A stretch of 63,997 bases of DNA, counting the filler, from Bigelowiella natans CCMP2755 (lineage: Eukaryota; Protista; Cercozoa): assembly GCA_000320545.1 (NCBI GenBank). It is 7 parts of 7 records of this genome, joined end to end, with 100 filler letters (N's around TTAATTAATTAA, not from the genome) between each part and the next. Parts side by side here need not be neighbours in the genome. Positions count along the whole stretch, not along the records: positions 39,545 to 46,656 come from ADNK01003415.1; positions 46,757 to 59,286 come from ADNK01000548.1; 5 more parts are not named here. One strand, given 5' to 3'. This document shows, piece by piece, positions 40,355 to 53,213 of this stretch. Under the pieces are notes generated by a model. That model saw only the letters and a program-made list of their open reading frames with translations, had not been told where the DNA came from and did no database searches. Within the stretch, counting starts at the first letter, position 1, and each line of letters opens with the position of its first letter. Both the position numbers and the translations under genes were made by a program.

Positions 40355-42177
40355 AATTTTCAAACATTCGTGAACAACTTATCAAAAGCGAGATCATCCT
40401 ACCGCGGGCGAGTGGATCACGAACTGTTCCATTATTGACTTCGAACACCAACTTTGCTGGGCCATAGCCGTAGCCTCTCTAGATTTGTACGTATGCCAAA
40501 GGGGTAAAGAGGAAAAGAGGGGGGGCGCAATGAGTGTCCATCTCTGCGTTTCCATCAATGCCAAAGGCAAAGGCCACTACCAAACAATAACAACAACAAC
40601 AATACCTCTATAGGCTTTTGGATGTTGACATCCTCATCGGGGACCATGTTCGGGCCTAGCACCCACATGGACATCGGGTCCGCGACCGACCCGCCGAGCG
40701 GCTTCAGTTTCGCTGTAGAGGGGGGGGGAGGGGAGAGCAAAGATAAGTGCCGCCCACCATTGTTCGCAGTGACCCAAACACCAAACACCGAGACTGTATT
40801 TTGCTGTTCCATGATTTCTTGCTCTCGTTTGTTGACATTATACGTATAAGACATAATCATCATCACTATCCTCTTCTGTATCGTTTTCACCGTCGTCCAG
40901 TACGTCGGTCTCTGATTCGTGGGGCAGCGTAAGTGCATATCCCCAGAAGGAATCGCCGAGATCGTAGCCCTGCGCATCTGGAATGTAGAAAGCCGACAAT
41001 GGCAGAGATCATGACCGTGTAATAACGACGACATAGCAATGCTGACACTAAAGGCAATGATGATGCGAGGCATCTTGATATATGAAGGTACTGTACCTGT
41101 TTTCCCGTATAGCTGGATGGTGAAGAACTCCCCTTCCGGTCCATAGCCAACGTAGACACAAGTAGCCCTAGGTGGGGGGGGGGAAAGCAGTCAAGTAAAC
41201 TTGGAAAATGATGGTCGTGTGCCTTCGTTTAAGAACCCTTGTTTCGGCAGCTGGCGAGTCCTCAAGACTTTCATGCCGAGAGCCTTGGTGCAGAAGTCCA
41301 CGGTTCTGCAATGAACGTGAGTTTTGATTCTTCTGGAGATGGAAGTGCTAGCTAGGGACTATTTAAAATTCATGCGGGTGCGGTGTGGGTGTGGGTGTGG
41401 GTGCGGGTGCGGGTGCACTTGTGCTTCATGGTCGTTGAGTTACTACCTCTCCAAATCGTCAACCAGATAGACCGTGTGGAGGAGCTTGTTCTCGCGCATC
41501 TTATACCTGTTGGGCAACCCACACACAACCGTTATTCCTTTTGGGATCTCCCCCTCCCGAAGATTCGAAAGGGAAGTGAGACAATCACGCGTGTAGAACG
41601 AACCGGTCGTCGTCTTCATTGTCGTCCAGAAACCAATCAATTGTTGTGCTGTTAAAACAAAAAAAGGAGACCGAAGCTCAGTTGCACGTTTGTGAGAAGG
41701 TTGCTAGACCATACTACCAGTGCATCGATGTTTTCCGCCTGCGGACCCCATTATGTTTCCCTGGAAAGTAGTTGCCATAAAATGGGACAACTTCTTCATC
41801 CGAAACCCTACCGCTCTCGAAAGCTTTCTCACAGCGACGAGAACCCGGGCACCGCTGATTATGCAAACTTCGCCTAGATACTACTGGACGCAGCAAACCT
41901 GTGCCTCTAATGATCGAGCCTGATTCGATCGAACGATCAGTGTAAGCAACAAAAGCTCTCACATACCAAATGGTTTGGTACCCCCCACAGGCGACGTCTA
42001 CGGGCTGAAACACAATGAAGTACCTGTCCCTAGGACGGTCGAAGCTGTCCTTGTGATAGAATTCTGTGTTTTGTAGAATATCAAGCCTCCTATCCCTATG
42101 ACGAGAAGGCTGGCGAGGAAAATCCCCTTGTGTCTCCCTCGTGCCTTCGACGACGAGCTGAAGCGGGAGGGCTCCAT
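39870..42177 (-). CDS. Two-domain glyoxalase / lactoylglutathione lyase-like (VOC fold) protein with putative bipartite leader; 3' truncated
   Basis: Leader MEPSRFSSSSKARGRHKGIFLASLLVIGIGGLIF; repeat 1 LLHTVYLVDDLER-TVDFCTKALGMKVLR..VGYGPEGEFFTIQL; repeat 2 VRMRVTDLEKSISFYESLGMKL..AIMGFGENEH. Confidence 0.8.
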
Positions 42178-42912
42178 TGCCGATTTATTCCGAATTTAAA
42201 AAAAAAACTTCGCCGAGAAATATTTTCTGACCAGGAATCCAGCTTGGAGCATTGAGTTAGTCAGAAAATCAGAAACATCTGCCGTAAATATAATAAGACA
42301 CGGAAAATATATGTAATTTATGCATTGAATACGCCCTTTTCCCAGATTCACTCCTCCCACACAACGTTCCAAAGTCTGAAGTTTTAGGAATCCTGCGTTA
42401 AGATCTTTCTTGTGGGCTGCGTTCGCTGCCGAGAAATTACCAGTCAGGATGCAGGCAGAATTTCTCCGCAGGCTCGGAACACATCGAAAGCACTGTCCGA
42501 AATCTGGATACGGGAAATATTTTTATCGTATAAATTACTATCACAATTAAATATCAAAATACTTCGAGCCTTCAGATTTTATTTTGGCGTACATCGTCTT
42601 GGAAGTCTCTGTTTCGGATTTTCCGACCGTAGATATGCATGGTATGTTTTCAAATTATCCGCTCCATTTCTTCTAATGTGATGTCGCTATACATAAATAT
42701 CCTGCGTCAAACACTTGTGTCGCATCATGAGTGTGATATCATCCTCAAGCCAGCCCCAATCGGGTGTGCTTGTGAGCGACCAGCATGCGTGGATTCGTGG
42801 ATTTTCTTATACGACATGAAATTAATAAAAATTACAATATAAATATAGGCATAATTCGCACTCCTATCTCAGCGGTGAAATATCTTTTCGTCTGAAAGAT
42901 ACGACGAGGAAG

Positions 42913-44289
42913 ATGGTGAGACACGCCTCGCGCTGCCCGCCCCCTCCCTCTCGCGCTTTTCCTACCCATATAAGATTCGCACAGAACCATGGTCCAAGAG
43001 GATTTGTTTATCTATGTGTTAAATAGTAGTGCTAAAGTTGATTGAGAGATTCGCAAGCTATTGCACCTTGCTGCAAATGTGCTCCGCTCTGAGTGAGCTC
43101 ATAGTTGTAGCGCTGGGGCATAAAGAGGGATATTGCCTGACCTGTCCATATTGTTGCTTTCACTATTTCAGTCCTTCTTGTTCGGAACTCCAGCGACGAT
43201 TTCGATCGACTTCAAGGACCAGAAGAGTCTGAAGCAGGTTTCCTACGAGAATGAATCTGGCCAAGTCGAGAATCTTTTCCTCTTCCCCGGCGAGGCGCCA
43301 ATAGCCGGCACCGTGCATGTGAAATTGAATAAAAAGAAGAAACTTGAGCACCTCGGTGTCAAAATCGAGCTCCTTGGACATATCGGTGAGTTTGGATGAT
43401 CAAAATATCTCTACCATAGTGGATAGGGAGGTGGGGAGCTTGCTCAATCAGTGTGTCAATTGAGAAACACGAATTGCTGCTACCAAATTCAAATATGATG
43501 GATGGAATCTCCCACTCATAAGCAATGCGCCTCTCACCGCTCAATAACGTGACTAACCCCTTATGATTGGCAGAGCTTCTCTACGACCGTGGGAACCCAT
43601 ATGAAATGCTGCAGCTGGTGAAAGAACTCGAGCCGGCTGGCGAGATCACTGGCAATAAATCCTACAGCTTTGAGTTCGGCAACTGCCCTAAGAACTACGA
43701 GACCTACAATGGCCACAACGTCCGACTACGGTACACTTCACGGAGGGATGAGTGTTGTGGGGGGGGGGGGGGAGGGGACTGAGACAATGTAGCCTTTTCT
43801 CTTCGTTGTTGCCCATTTTCAGTTTTAAAAATAATCATCTTCCGCCATCCGTCGTGTAGATATTTCCTCCGCGTCAAGATAACCCGTCACATGGCGTACG
43901 ACATCACCAAGACCCTCGATTTCGCGGTGCAGAACGTGCAGCAAGACCCCGAAATTAACAACAGCATTAAGATGGAAGTTGGTATCGAGGACTGCCTTCA
44001 TATCGAGTTTGAATACAACAAATGCAAGTAAGTTATGTGAGCAGCAGTAGTAGTAGTAGTGGTGGTAGCTGTTGTTGTTGTTGTTTTTGTTGTCATATAT
44101 CGCCGTCCGCCTCGGAAGGGTGGGCAGCCGAAGTAACGAAGTAATCGCTTCTCCTCTGTGTTTCAGGTACCATCTTGACGACGTGGTGGTGGGGAAGATC
44201 TTCTTCCTTCTCGTCAGAATCAAAATTAAGTACATGGAAATTGTGATCATCCGAAGAGAATCTACCGGCTCAGGTAACTGTACAACGTC

Positions 44290-44327
<38 letters not shown>

Positions 44328-44616
44328 TTTAAATATATCATCATACCTCTTTTCTTTTTTAGTAGCTCAGAAGTTGTTCTTTGTGTTGGCGTGGAGGGGA
44401 TTTCTTCATGCCGCAAAGCTGGCCATTAATATGTTCTCCTTCTCTTCCCGCCCCGCCCCTCTCATGATCTTTCATCGTCGTTGCAGGCCCAAACACATAC
44501 AGCGAGTCAGAGAACATCGCCAGATTTGAGATTATGGACGGAGCTCCTGTCCGTGGTGTGTGAATGATCAGCGTTAAGCGATTATGATTGATGATGATGA
44601 TGATTATGATTGATGG

Positions 44617-44648
<32 letters not shown>

Positions 44649-45104
44649 TTGTTGTGCTGCTGCAAACTTGCCGTTCTTCTGCCGTGAAACTTACTGCTCA
44701 GCTGCTTCAGGAAAATCATTCATCTTCTCTGCATGATTAGTTGTAGTGACTGCCCCCCCCCCTCCCACACACACACCACAACCCCCTGAAACCTGGAGTC
44801 AGATAACGGTCGATTTCATCATCACCCCCCCCCCCCTCCTCTCCATAGCTCACTTCACCGACACCCTTTTCATTAATCTCTAGGCGAATCGATCCCCATC
44901 CGCCTCTTCCTGACTCCTTACAACCTCACCCCCACAATGAAGAACGTGCACAACAAATTCACGGTCAAGTACTACCTCAATCTCGTCCTGGTCGACGAGG
45001 AGGACAGGAGGTATTTCAAGCAGCAGGAGATCATCCTCCGCCGCAAGCGGATCTCGGGGAAGAAGAAACTCCTCAAGGGCGCCACGGAGTCCAAGAAAAA
45101 GTAG
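42913..45104 (+). CDS. VPS26: Vacuolar protein sorting 26 (retromer subunit), complete
   Basis: Splices to M-SFLFG...LEHLGVKIELLGHIELLYDRGN...YETYNGHNVRLRYFLRV...NSIKMEVGIEDCLHIEFEYNK..YHLDDVVVGKIFFLLVRIKIKYME...FEIMDGAPVRGESIPIRLFL...YYLNLVLVDEEDRRYFKQQEI; stop at 45102-45104. Confidence 0.97.
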
Positions 45105-46225
45105 AGAGAAATAGGGGAGGGCAGGCTGGGCAGTGCAATGCGAGCCGCAGGAGGACCGATCAGGCAGCATGCACGCTCTCATCATATACTAATTTAGATG
45201 ATGGCAGGAGGCGCCAGCAATAGGATAAATATCAACAATGCGAATCATTCACCACATCAACAAAAAATTTGCTGAAGACGATATTTCATCTCTCAAACTC
45301 CTCCTACCTTGAACATCATCCGAACGTGAGGGGTGCAATGACAGGCAGGTCTGGTCCCATGCTTGCTCCGCAAGCTAGCAAGGTGGGGAGGGGGCGACGC
45401 GGCCTGTCATCATATTCGCACGTGCTGGGACTGATGTCGATAAAAATACAACTATTGCGTACACACCGTTCCGACCTTGCCACACGACCCCACTTTGGAG
45501 CTTGTATTGTAACACTTGACGTGGGAGAACAAGGCGTCGCATAGCTGTTTGCGCGGGCAGCACTAGAGCAGGCATGCTAGCATGCATGCGCCGCGCGAGC
45601 TAGCGAGATACCTATACGCGCGCGTACTATAAGTGTCAGCCAGAATGATTATCAGCTATGCCGCCAGGACTCAAACGACGGGCCACATGAATACATCGTC
45701 TCCAGCCAGCAGCTATATATAGCTAGCTAGATTTAGATGTCAGCTACGTATAGCGACTGCGCCTTGCTTGCTAACGCTATAGCTAGATAGCCGTCGTATG
45801 CACGCACCTAGACTTACCTAGCTAGTAGCTAGATACACACACACACGCATGCGCGCGCGACTAGCTAGCTAGCAGACGACAGAGGGCAGTTTAGTCGACG
45901 CGATGCGACGTACTACTGCTGAGGCGGAGTGCGTGCATGCGTAGCTAGCAGGTAGTGCTAGAGTGGCACGGGAGGCGTGCGTGCACGATGTCTGTGTCAT
46001 TGTATGGCAGCAGACTTCTAGCATCTTTTAGTCTTGTCGCATATCTTTTTGACTCCTTCGCTATCGCCGATCTCATTTCACAAAAATAGCACATCGTTGC
46101 AAATGCGTTTCGGCCTTGAAAGCCAATGTGAGCAGTACCGTGCATAGTAGGGAAGTGCACTGATCACATCTCAGAACATATCGATACTGTCTATCGCTTA
46201 TAATTTCCGCATCACACGTATACTC

Positions 46226-46573
46226 TTACATGTCATCGAAATCCGTGTCGGTGCTGCGAGGGGCAGCCCCGCCGCTGTTTGAGGAGATTGCCCTCCTCGC
46301 CCATTCGCCAGAGAGAAAGTCCTCTCGAGAATACGGAGACGCTTTGGAGACGACGAAGAAGGTTGGGAGCCTGAGTGGAACATTAAAGACATGTGCGATG
46401 TTAACGGGTCACACAGCCTCGTGGCAGCGTTGTGTGGGTGTGAGTGAGCGCGGTGCGAGACAAAATTCAGAGGAAATGTATCATCGCGAGCAGTGATCTC
46501 TCACCCAGGGATCACATGTCGACGCTCTCTCAGCACGTCTTGCAATGTCGCGTCCTCTCGTATGCGCTCATAC
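46226..46573 (-). CDS. TTC4/Cns1-like co-chaperone, last two exons only
   Basis: Splices to YERIREDATLQDVLRERRHVIPG-LPTFFVVSKASPYSREDFL...DFDDM*, resembling the TTC4/Cns1 C-terminal wheel domain. Confidence 0.6.
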
Positions 46574-46656
46574 CTGAAACAGTATATAGAGATAGGTAGA
46601 CTCATCAGACGAAAGGGGAAAAGGAGATTTCTGTATGCTTTGCTCTCGCCCCCCCC

Positions 46657-46756
46657 NNNNNNNNNNNNNNNNNNNNNNNNNNNNNNNNNNNNNNNNNNNN
46701 TTAATTAATTAANNNNNNNNNNNNNNNNNNNNNNNNNNNNNNNNNNNNNNNNNNNN
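46657..46756. other. Artificial contig spacer
   Basis: N44-TTAATTAATTAA-N44. Confidence 0.98.
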
Positions 46757-47480
46757 TGAGCCTGTGTACTGGATGTCCCTACGTGTGAGCCAGCGCGAGC
46801 GAGCGCTAGAGCGCTTGAAAGCGATTTGAAGCTTCGACAGCACAGTGAAAAGTGAGATGTGTTCGCACGCAGCAGGGATTTTTCGTGCATCGCACGTGCA
46901 GTCAGTGTGTGCGCACGCGCTTGCGCATTCAAAACATTGCTGCAGCGCTGCACATTGTTTGCAACTCTTGCTGTAGCTCTCACACTTTTATTTGGTGAAA
47001 ACAGCGTTTTTGGCCTTGAAAGCGACACGGTGTTTTTGGTCATTTCTCGGTGAAAATTTGGTTTTTGACGCTCGGCCAGGTTGCAGTTGTGTTCTGTGAT
47101 CACATTCATCAATCTGAAGCTGTCGTTGGGCGTGTGCGCACGCGCGCAACTCGCCTTTTGCGCCACAGCCAAGTGGCCACCGGGTTTGACCTGGTTGTGC
47201 CGCAACAGCAACGCAACGAGCAGATCGCAAGCATTTGCTAGAGTGCGGTGCACGATGAGCACGCATCGCAGCTAGCGCGCAAACGCGACACCTTGCCATT
47301 GTGATGGATTGTGTCATTGTCAAGTTTCTAGTAGACTACCGTCTAGTGCAGGATGCACACGCGCAGCACACTGTCACAGATGCGCACGCGCGAATTGCGC
47401 ATTGCTAGATTGACCACACACCGCATTGTTTCAAATTGAGGTTTCAGCTTTTCTGTGTTGAAAAAAAATGTGTCCAAGCC
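46757..47480. other. TpA-depleted intergenic patch
   Basis: About 12 TpA in about 700 nt, about 10 of them CTAG/GTAG/CTAC; abundant TGCA/GCGC/CACG words. Confidence 0.85.
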
Positions 47481-47680
47481 TCAACCAACTAGTAATCACT
47501 CAATTCACTTGCAGCAACACTCTGCAATGTTTGTTAGTCTCGAACCACACAAAGTGTTCCTAACTCTTTGCTGCGATGTTTGTAAGATGTTTTGTCGTCT
47601 CATCGTATAGCAACTTTTGCTTCTCTTTCTTTGTTTGAGATTCTATTTCTTGTCTAATCTACTCTCAATAGGCCAGCGGT

Positions 47681-50600
47681 TTATATAACGACTTCAGGTA
47701 TTTCCTCGTCGTTAATCTCAACTGTATCTTTTGAGTCGCCCTCTATATGTGCAGAGGGGAGAGCTGGGGCATCTACTTCATCATCGCTGTTATCAAGAAT
47801 AATTTCACTAGGATGGCTAGAGGAACCATCATCATTCGGTGGGGATACGAAATCACTTTTTTCTGTCTGCATTTCATCTTTTTTGTCCCGATGCTGCGTT
47901 GCTGTTTGTTCATTTGTTGTCGTCGTCGTTGTAACTGTCCCCTCCACGACCTCCTCATAAGCACCAGCCTTATAGTCTCCGAGGTTGATGTCTTGAGCAT
48001 AGTGGACATCCTCGTCGTCACTGTTATCCAACAATACATCTCTATCCAATCGCCCATGGTACTCACCATCATAGTCATCCGATTGCATGACAGCGGGAGG
48101 AAGTGGTGCATGTGGCGGTTCCTGCTCAGGAACGAACTCCTCTGCGCCGGCATCTTCTTCTTCTTCTTTATCGACCTCACTGATGCCGGACCAAAGAGAG
48201 GGCCCTGCCTCCACATTTCGGAAACGGTACGGACGGAAGTCGTCATCGTCTTCCTCCTCCGCCTCGCTCTTCTTTTTGCCACCGAAGCAGCAGCACGCGC
48301 AGAAGCAACAGCACATCAATAGAATGAAGACACATACGCCTAGGATGACAGTAAACATATCGCTCTGGATTGACCCGGATTTAGTCGAATCCGACCTGTT
48401 TGAGGTTTCAACAGCCTGGTTCGTCGATCCGGAGCCGGGCGCTGGCGTGAAGAAAGCACATGCTGCAGCCGGACAGTAAGTAGGTACCATCTGGACTCCT
48501 GGCTCTCCATATCTTACCTTAAGCCGATTCTCAGGTTGCCAAATGCGGTCAGATTCTCGTACCATCCTAGGTTGGCAGAGCGCGTAGCAGATCGGACTCT
48601 CTTGGAATCTCGTTATAGAGGTCTCTGGCACGGCGAGCATTATGCGTGTCACTGGTGCAAAGGAGTCCGTCACAGCATTGTCGCCACCACGACTTGAAGT
48701 ACCGCTGCTGCCACTAGGGCAGGAAGTCTCGGCGGTTAGGTTAAGACGGTTGAACTGAACTTTATGCTTAGCTAAGATACCCATCCAAGTGTTCTTGACC
48801 TCTTCATTGATCCATTGATGGAGTCCTCGCTCGCAACTATTGGCACCGGACCACTTGAACTGAATATCCCATTGAACGATAGTGGTGGTCGGCTGCGGCG
48901 TTGGTTTATTTGTTGTGGGAGTGGAAGGCGGCAATGTCTGAAGATGGGTATCATCTACATCCTTTGCCGAAGTGGGGGATGCGGTGGGCTTAGATGTAGG
49001 ATCAGGCCTCTCCGTAGGGCTTCCAGTAGCTACATCAGGAATTGAAGAGGTTCCTCCTCCTCCGTCAATCACTGCCGTAGCTGTGGGCTCCGCAGTTGGT
49101 GTCGTATTGGTGGTGTTCTTATTATTATCACCTCCCGCTGCTTTCGGGGTTGGAAATTTGGTCTGTGAGGGATCGTTGATAGGTGCGGTGGGTAAAGCAG
49201 TTGGGGACGGAGGTTGTGCTGTTGGAGCTGCAACCGATGGCTTCCCTGTCGGACTGTGCGCCACAGTTTCAGGCCCCTTGTGGTCATTTGATATGTCCTT
49301 GTTGGTAGGCTCTGGGGTGGGTATGGTGGGTGTGGGAAAGCTTGTGGGATCCTTCGTGGTTGGCTGAAGTGTTGGTTTGCTTGTTGGGATGTTTGTTCCC
49401 GGTTCACATCGTTTGTAAAGTGAGGTTCCAACACAAACATCGCTGGGCTTACAGCACCCATGGAAGATTTTCTCCGCGACAGATGTGATAGTGTAATTCT
49501 CCGCGGGGCCGCTAGTCGTTGCGACAAACCCCCCGCATTGATGCCAAGTTGCTGCGCCAATTTTGGAACTTTCAACCGTCATTCTCTCCGGACACACGTT
49601 CTCACCTCCCGACGGCCCTTCAGGCTTTCCCTCGAGGCGTACATCCACAGTGAAACTACACTTGGCTGTTGCTGCAGAGTCGACATCCTTTGCTGTAAAG
49701 GAGACGGAGGTCTTACCCACTGGGAAAGCCATTCCAGAAAGTAGGGAGACTCCGTCAGGAGAGATTATTGCATTTTTACCTTCTGAATTAACTGCTGCCA
49801 ACTCGAAGGAAACAGGTGCTTCGGAGGAGTGCATATGCGCAATCGCGGTGACTGCTACCGGGCACTTGGTAAATTTAACCTTGCCGTCAACCTTGAGCGA
49901 GAAAGCACAAGTTGCAGAGTTACCGCTGGAGTCCGAGCAGGAGTACGAAATAGTGTGGTCGCCCGCTGCAAAACTATCTCCAGGTTTGTAACCGTGGATT
50001 TCGTTGCATTTTATGTCCTCACAGCTATTGTCATCGGCAACAGGCGGCGTCCAGACCGCAATCTCCGTTTTTTGTCCATCAACCAAGGTTTTGACGATGT
50101 TACTTGGACAGTTTCTCACCTCGGGAGATTTGGTATCTTTGACTGTCACTGAGGTCTGGACCACAGTCCTGAGTCCAGCTAAATCAGTCGCAGTGCATGT
50201 AACATTGGTTGTGCCGGGGCCGAACTCGTGGTGGTTACAAGTATACGCGCCCCCTTGGCAGTTGTCTGAATAGTCACACTGGACATCGTGCTTCAGCTTT
50301 GCCTTACAGTTAGCGGCAGAGGTAGGAAGCTCTAAAGATGCGCTTTTGCAGTTGAGTTTTGGCTTTGTAATATCTTTCACGTCGAATTTGATTGTACAAA
50401 TCTTTTTATTAAGCGAGGTATCAATAGCTTCGTACTGAACGACGTGCGGAGCAGCATTCACGGGAAAGAAGTGTCCGGTGTGGACTGCAGGAGGGGCTAT
50501 CGCTGTCGCTCCTGTATAATATCACAAAAATAAGCTTGAGTTTCTGAAAGAAAAGAGTCAGGTATTTTCTGATTTAGATGCTAGAATGTAACAACGTCGA

Positions 50601-50858
50601 TGATTTAAGCACGAATGCATAATTTACAGATGGCCATGTCTCTAACCTGGACAGTTATCAGCCGCAGATGGAACTTCCCACTTCATCGTGGAGCCGCACT
50701 TATCAGGATCGTTCACATGGGGTGTTAAAGTTACACCGCACAAACTGCCGGTGAGTGAGCGAAATGTAAATGTAGGCGCTTCGTTATCAACGACTTCAAT
50801 GGTCTGAATAAGGAGTAGAGTCGCGATCGTTAATCACAGGCTTATCGAACCGCACACA

Positions 50859-50900
<42 letters not shown>

Positions 50901-51747
50901 CACATTTTATTACCGTAGTGCAAGTCTCGCGGTTTTCATAATCGTCATGCATTGTGAAGACAATGGATGAATTTCCGAGTGAGTATGCCCGATTTTCTAG
51001 CATTTCGTAGGAAGGTTCCACATTTCCGGAATAGTTCCATCCATTTGTTGTGAACCATCCTGTATTATCTTCTGCAGAAGGAACAGGAATTTTCTTTCCT
51101 GAGTTCACGAAGCGGCACTTCCCCTTCTCAACCGGAAACTTTGCATACGGAATAGGGCAGGGTTTCGCCTGAAACGATATAAATCCGTCATGAAGATTTG
51201 TTTGTATTCGAGAGAGGAGGTAGAACAGGTGTAGGCATGTACAAAAGGTAAAGATGGATTGTACGAACCTGCGTAGCCATCCCAGTCATATCTAGGACCA
51301 TTGCAATTTGGGTAGATAATTCCGCCATATTTAATCCGGACTCCGTGGTCAAAAGCTGGGCTGGTGCAGCCTCGATCTTGGGCCCTTCTGGCGCGAAAGT
51401 TTGAAAAGAATAATGTTCTGCATCAGGAATTCCAGCGGCTGCGCCAAGGAGTCCACTTTCGAGGTGTGCGCCTAAGAGATTTCATATGTAAATTAAAACT
51501 CTGCTCATCAATTGATGGTTTAAATTCCGATTCTTGGTTACTAACTTTAATAAGTTAATTTGATTAATCCCGCGTAATAGATTCACAGGAATCTCCACAG
51601 GAAAATGAGTAAAACTAATTTAACGCCTTCAATGCGATCATGATAAAAAGTACAACTGCCATCTGATTTTAGTTTCTCCCCACCTTGGAACTCCTTCCCA
51701 AGAGCAATGGTGGCACATAAAGCAACCCCAATAGACAGGAACCGCAT
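47681..51747 (-). CDS. HYR-repeat type I membrane surface protein with Pro/Thr mucin-like stalk
   Basis: Signal peptide MRFLSIGVALCATIALG; HYR repeats (DTKSPEVRNCPSNI...WTPPVADDN...GDSFAAGDHTISYSCSDSSGNSATCAFSLKV); PT-rich stalk; TM FTVILGVCVFILLM with Cys cluster; acidic tail (ORF 47681-50461). Confidence 0.85.
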
Positions 51748-53213
51748 TCCTCCTAGTTTAAAGGCTTATATCTCTGCAGCCCTATTCCTTCACGGGTTGA
51801 TTGGGCAGGGATGGAATGAAAGATGGGAGCTGGCGGAGATGGGGCTCAATATGTCGCAACGCAGTTAGAACGAAAACAAGATAAAACAGGGGATATTCAT
51901 CATCTGCGTCATTCTAAGAAGGATGACGCTTCTAATGGTACTCGCCTTTCCCAGCACTGGTCTCAATGCCGTAAAGATCCGATTGATGAAGTTAATAAAA
52001 TCGCGGAAGCCCATAAAAATGATAATATTCAACAAAATGTCTCTACAATGTGTAAATCGCCATTATTTTTACTCACTATACTCAATATAAGTAGAAATAA
52101 AGTCTTATTATCTATGAATGATATTGTTATTCAGACTAGAACCAGCTACAAATTGGTTTAGAATAGCCATTTCTGAATAATATCGTATTTATTTTCTGAT
52201 TTATTTAATAAATGCAACATAAATCATCGACATAAAAGTAATGTCCCTTCAAAACAGGCATTCAAAAAGTCTTCTCTCACTTTCTTAATCTGAATAATTT
52301 AAATCACACTTGATAAAATTTGACCCATTTATCTCACTACGTGTTGAAACTTCATGTCTTTTGACACGAATCTCTGGATAAAAATGATACGTCATGAGTT
52401 GTTTCCATAATAATGAACAAATACCAATAATTGATAAAATCTCTGCTATTTGTTATTGACGACCTCATCAATCTCTGCTCTTACAACTAGAACGTAGGTT
52501 TGTCCGTCAAATGTCTAATTCAATAATTCAGACTACGGAGCGGACATCTAATAATTAAATAAAACAAAAATAAAATACAAATTTATGTATTTATAATATT
52601 TATTTCTGAATGTAATCAAATTAAAAGTCAATATAATTTTAATATTTCTACTAAATATCTAAATTATGATACCTTTCAGTTTTGCCTACAGCACCAAGGA
52701 TGTTTGCCGAGAAAGGTAACTGTCGTAAAAAATCCGGATAACCGGTGACACGAAGTTTTTATTTGGCGCCGTGTGTAAATCTATGTCGTTAATCTATTAA
52801 ATAAGGGGATTATTACATTTTAAATAATAGTTTTTTGTTTACATCTATCTTCGACCAAATTCGAATAAAAATGATATCTCAATACAGGTTAAGAAAAGGA
52901 GCAAGCCTTTTTTATTTTTATCTAGTCACAAAAAGTAACAACTGTTAGTTGTTTTCAGGTCCAAAATTACTGAAATTATGTAATTTAATACAATAGAATT
53001 TAGTATAATCGTAATTATAAGTTTTAATTAGATATGATACGGATAAATATTAATCTAGATAGACTCTCCTTATCTGCTTCCCTTTGCGTGTAGGTCCCTG
53101 TTTGCAGCTCTGCAGCTCCTTCGACACCACCTCATCATTTTCTTACCAACTGATCAAACAAAGGGAAAAGGAGAGACGGGCTCGCACTTCCTGTATCGGT
53201 TAAAGCAGACAAG

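Noticed and set aside
9612-45104. Apparent membrane-trafficking cluster (DCTN4, FYVE kinase, EH protein, VPS26)
   Set aside because: The genes lie on three different contigs; their adjacency comes from concatenation.
48972-50273. Long plus-strand ORFs within the HYR gene (likewise 28011-29198 within the CBA1-like gene)
   Set aside because: Antisense shadows of real minus-strand coding exons.
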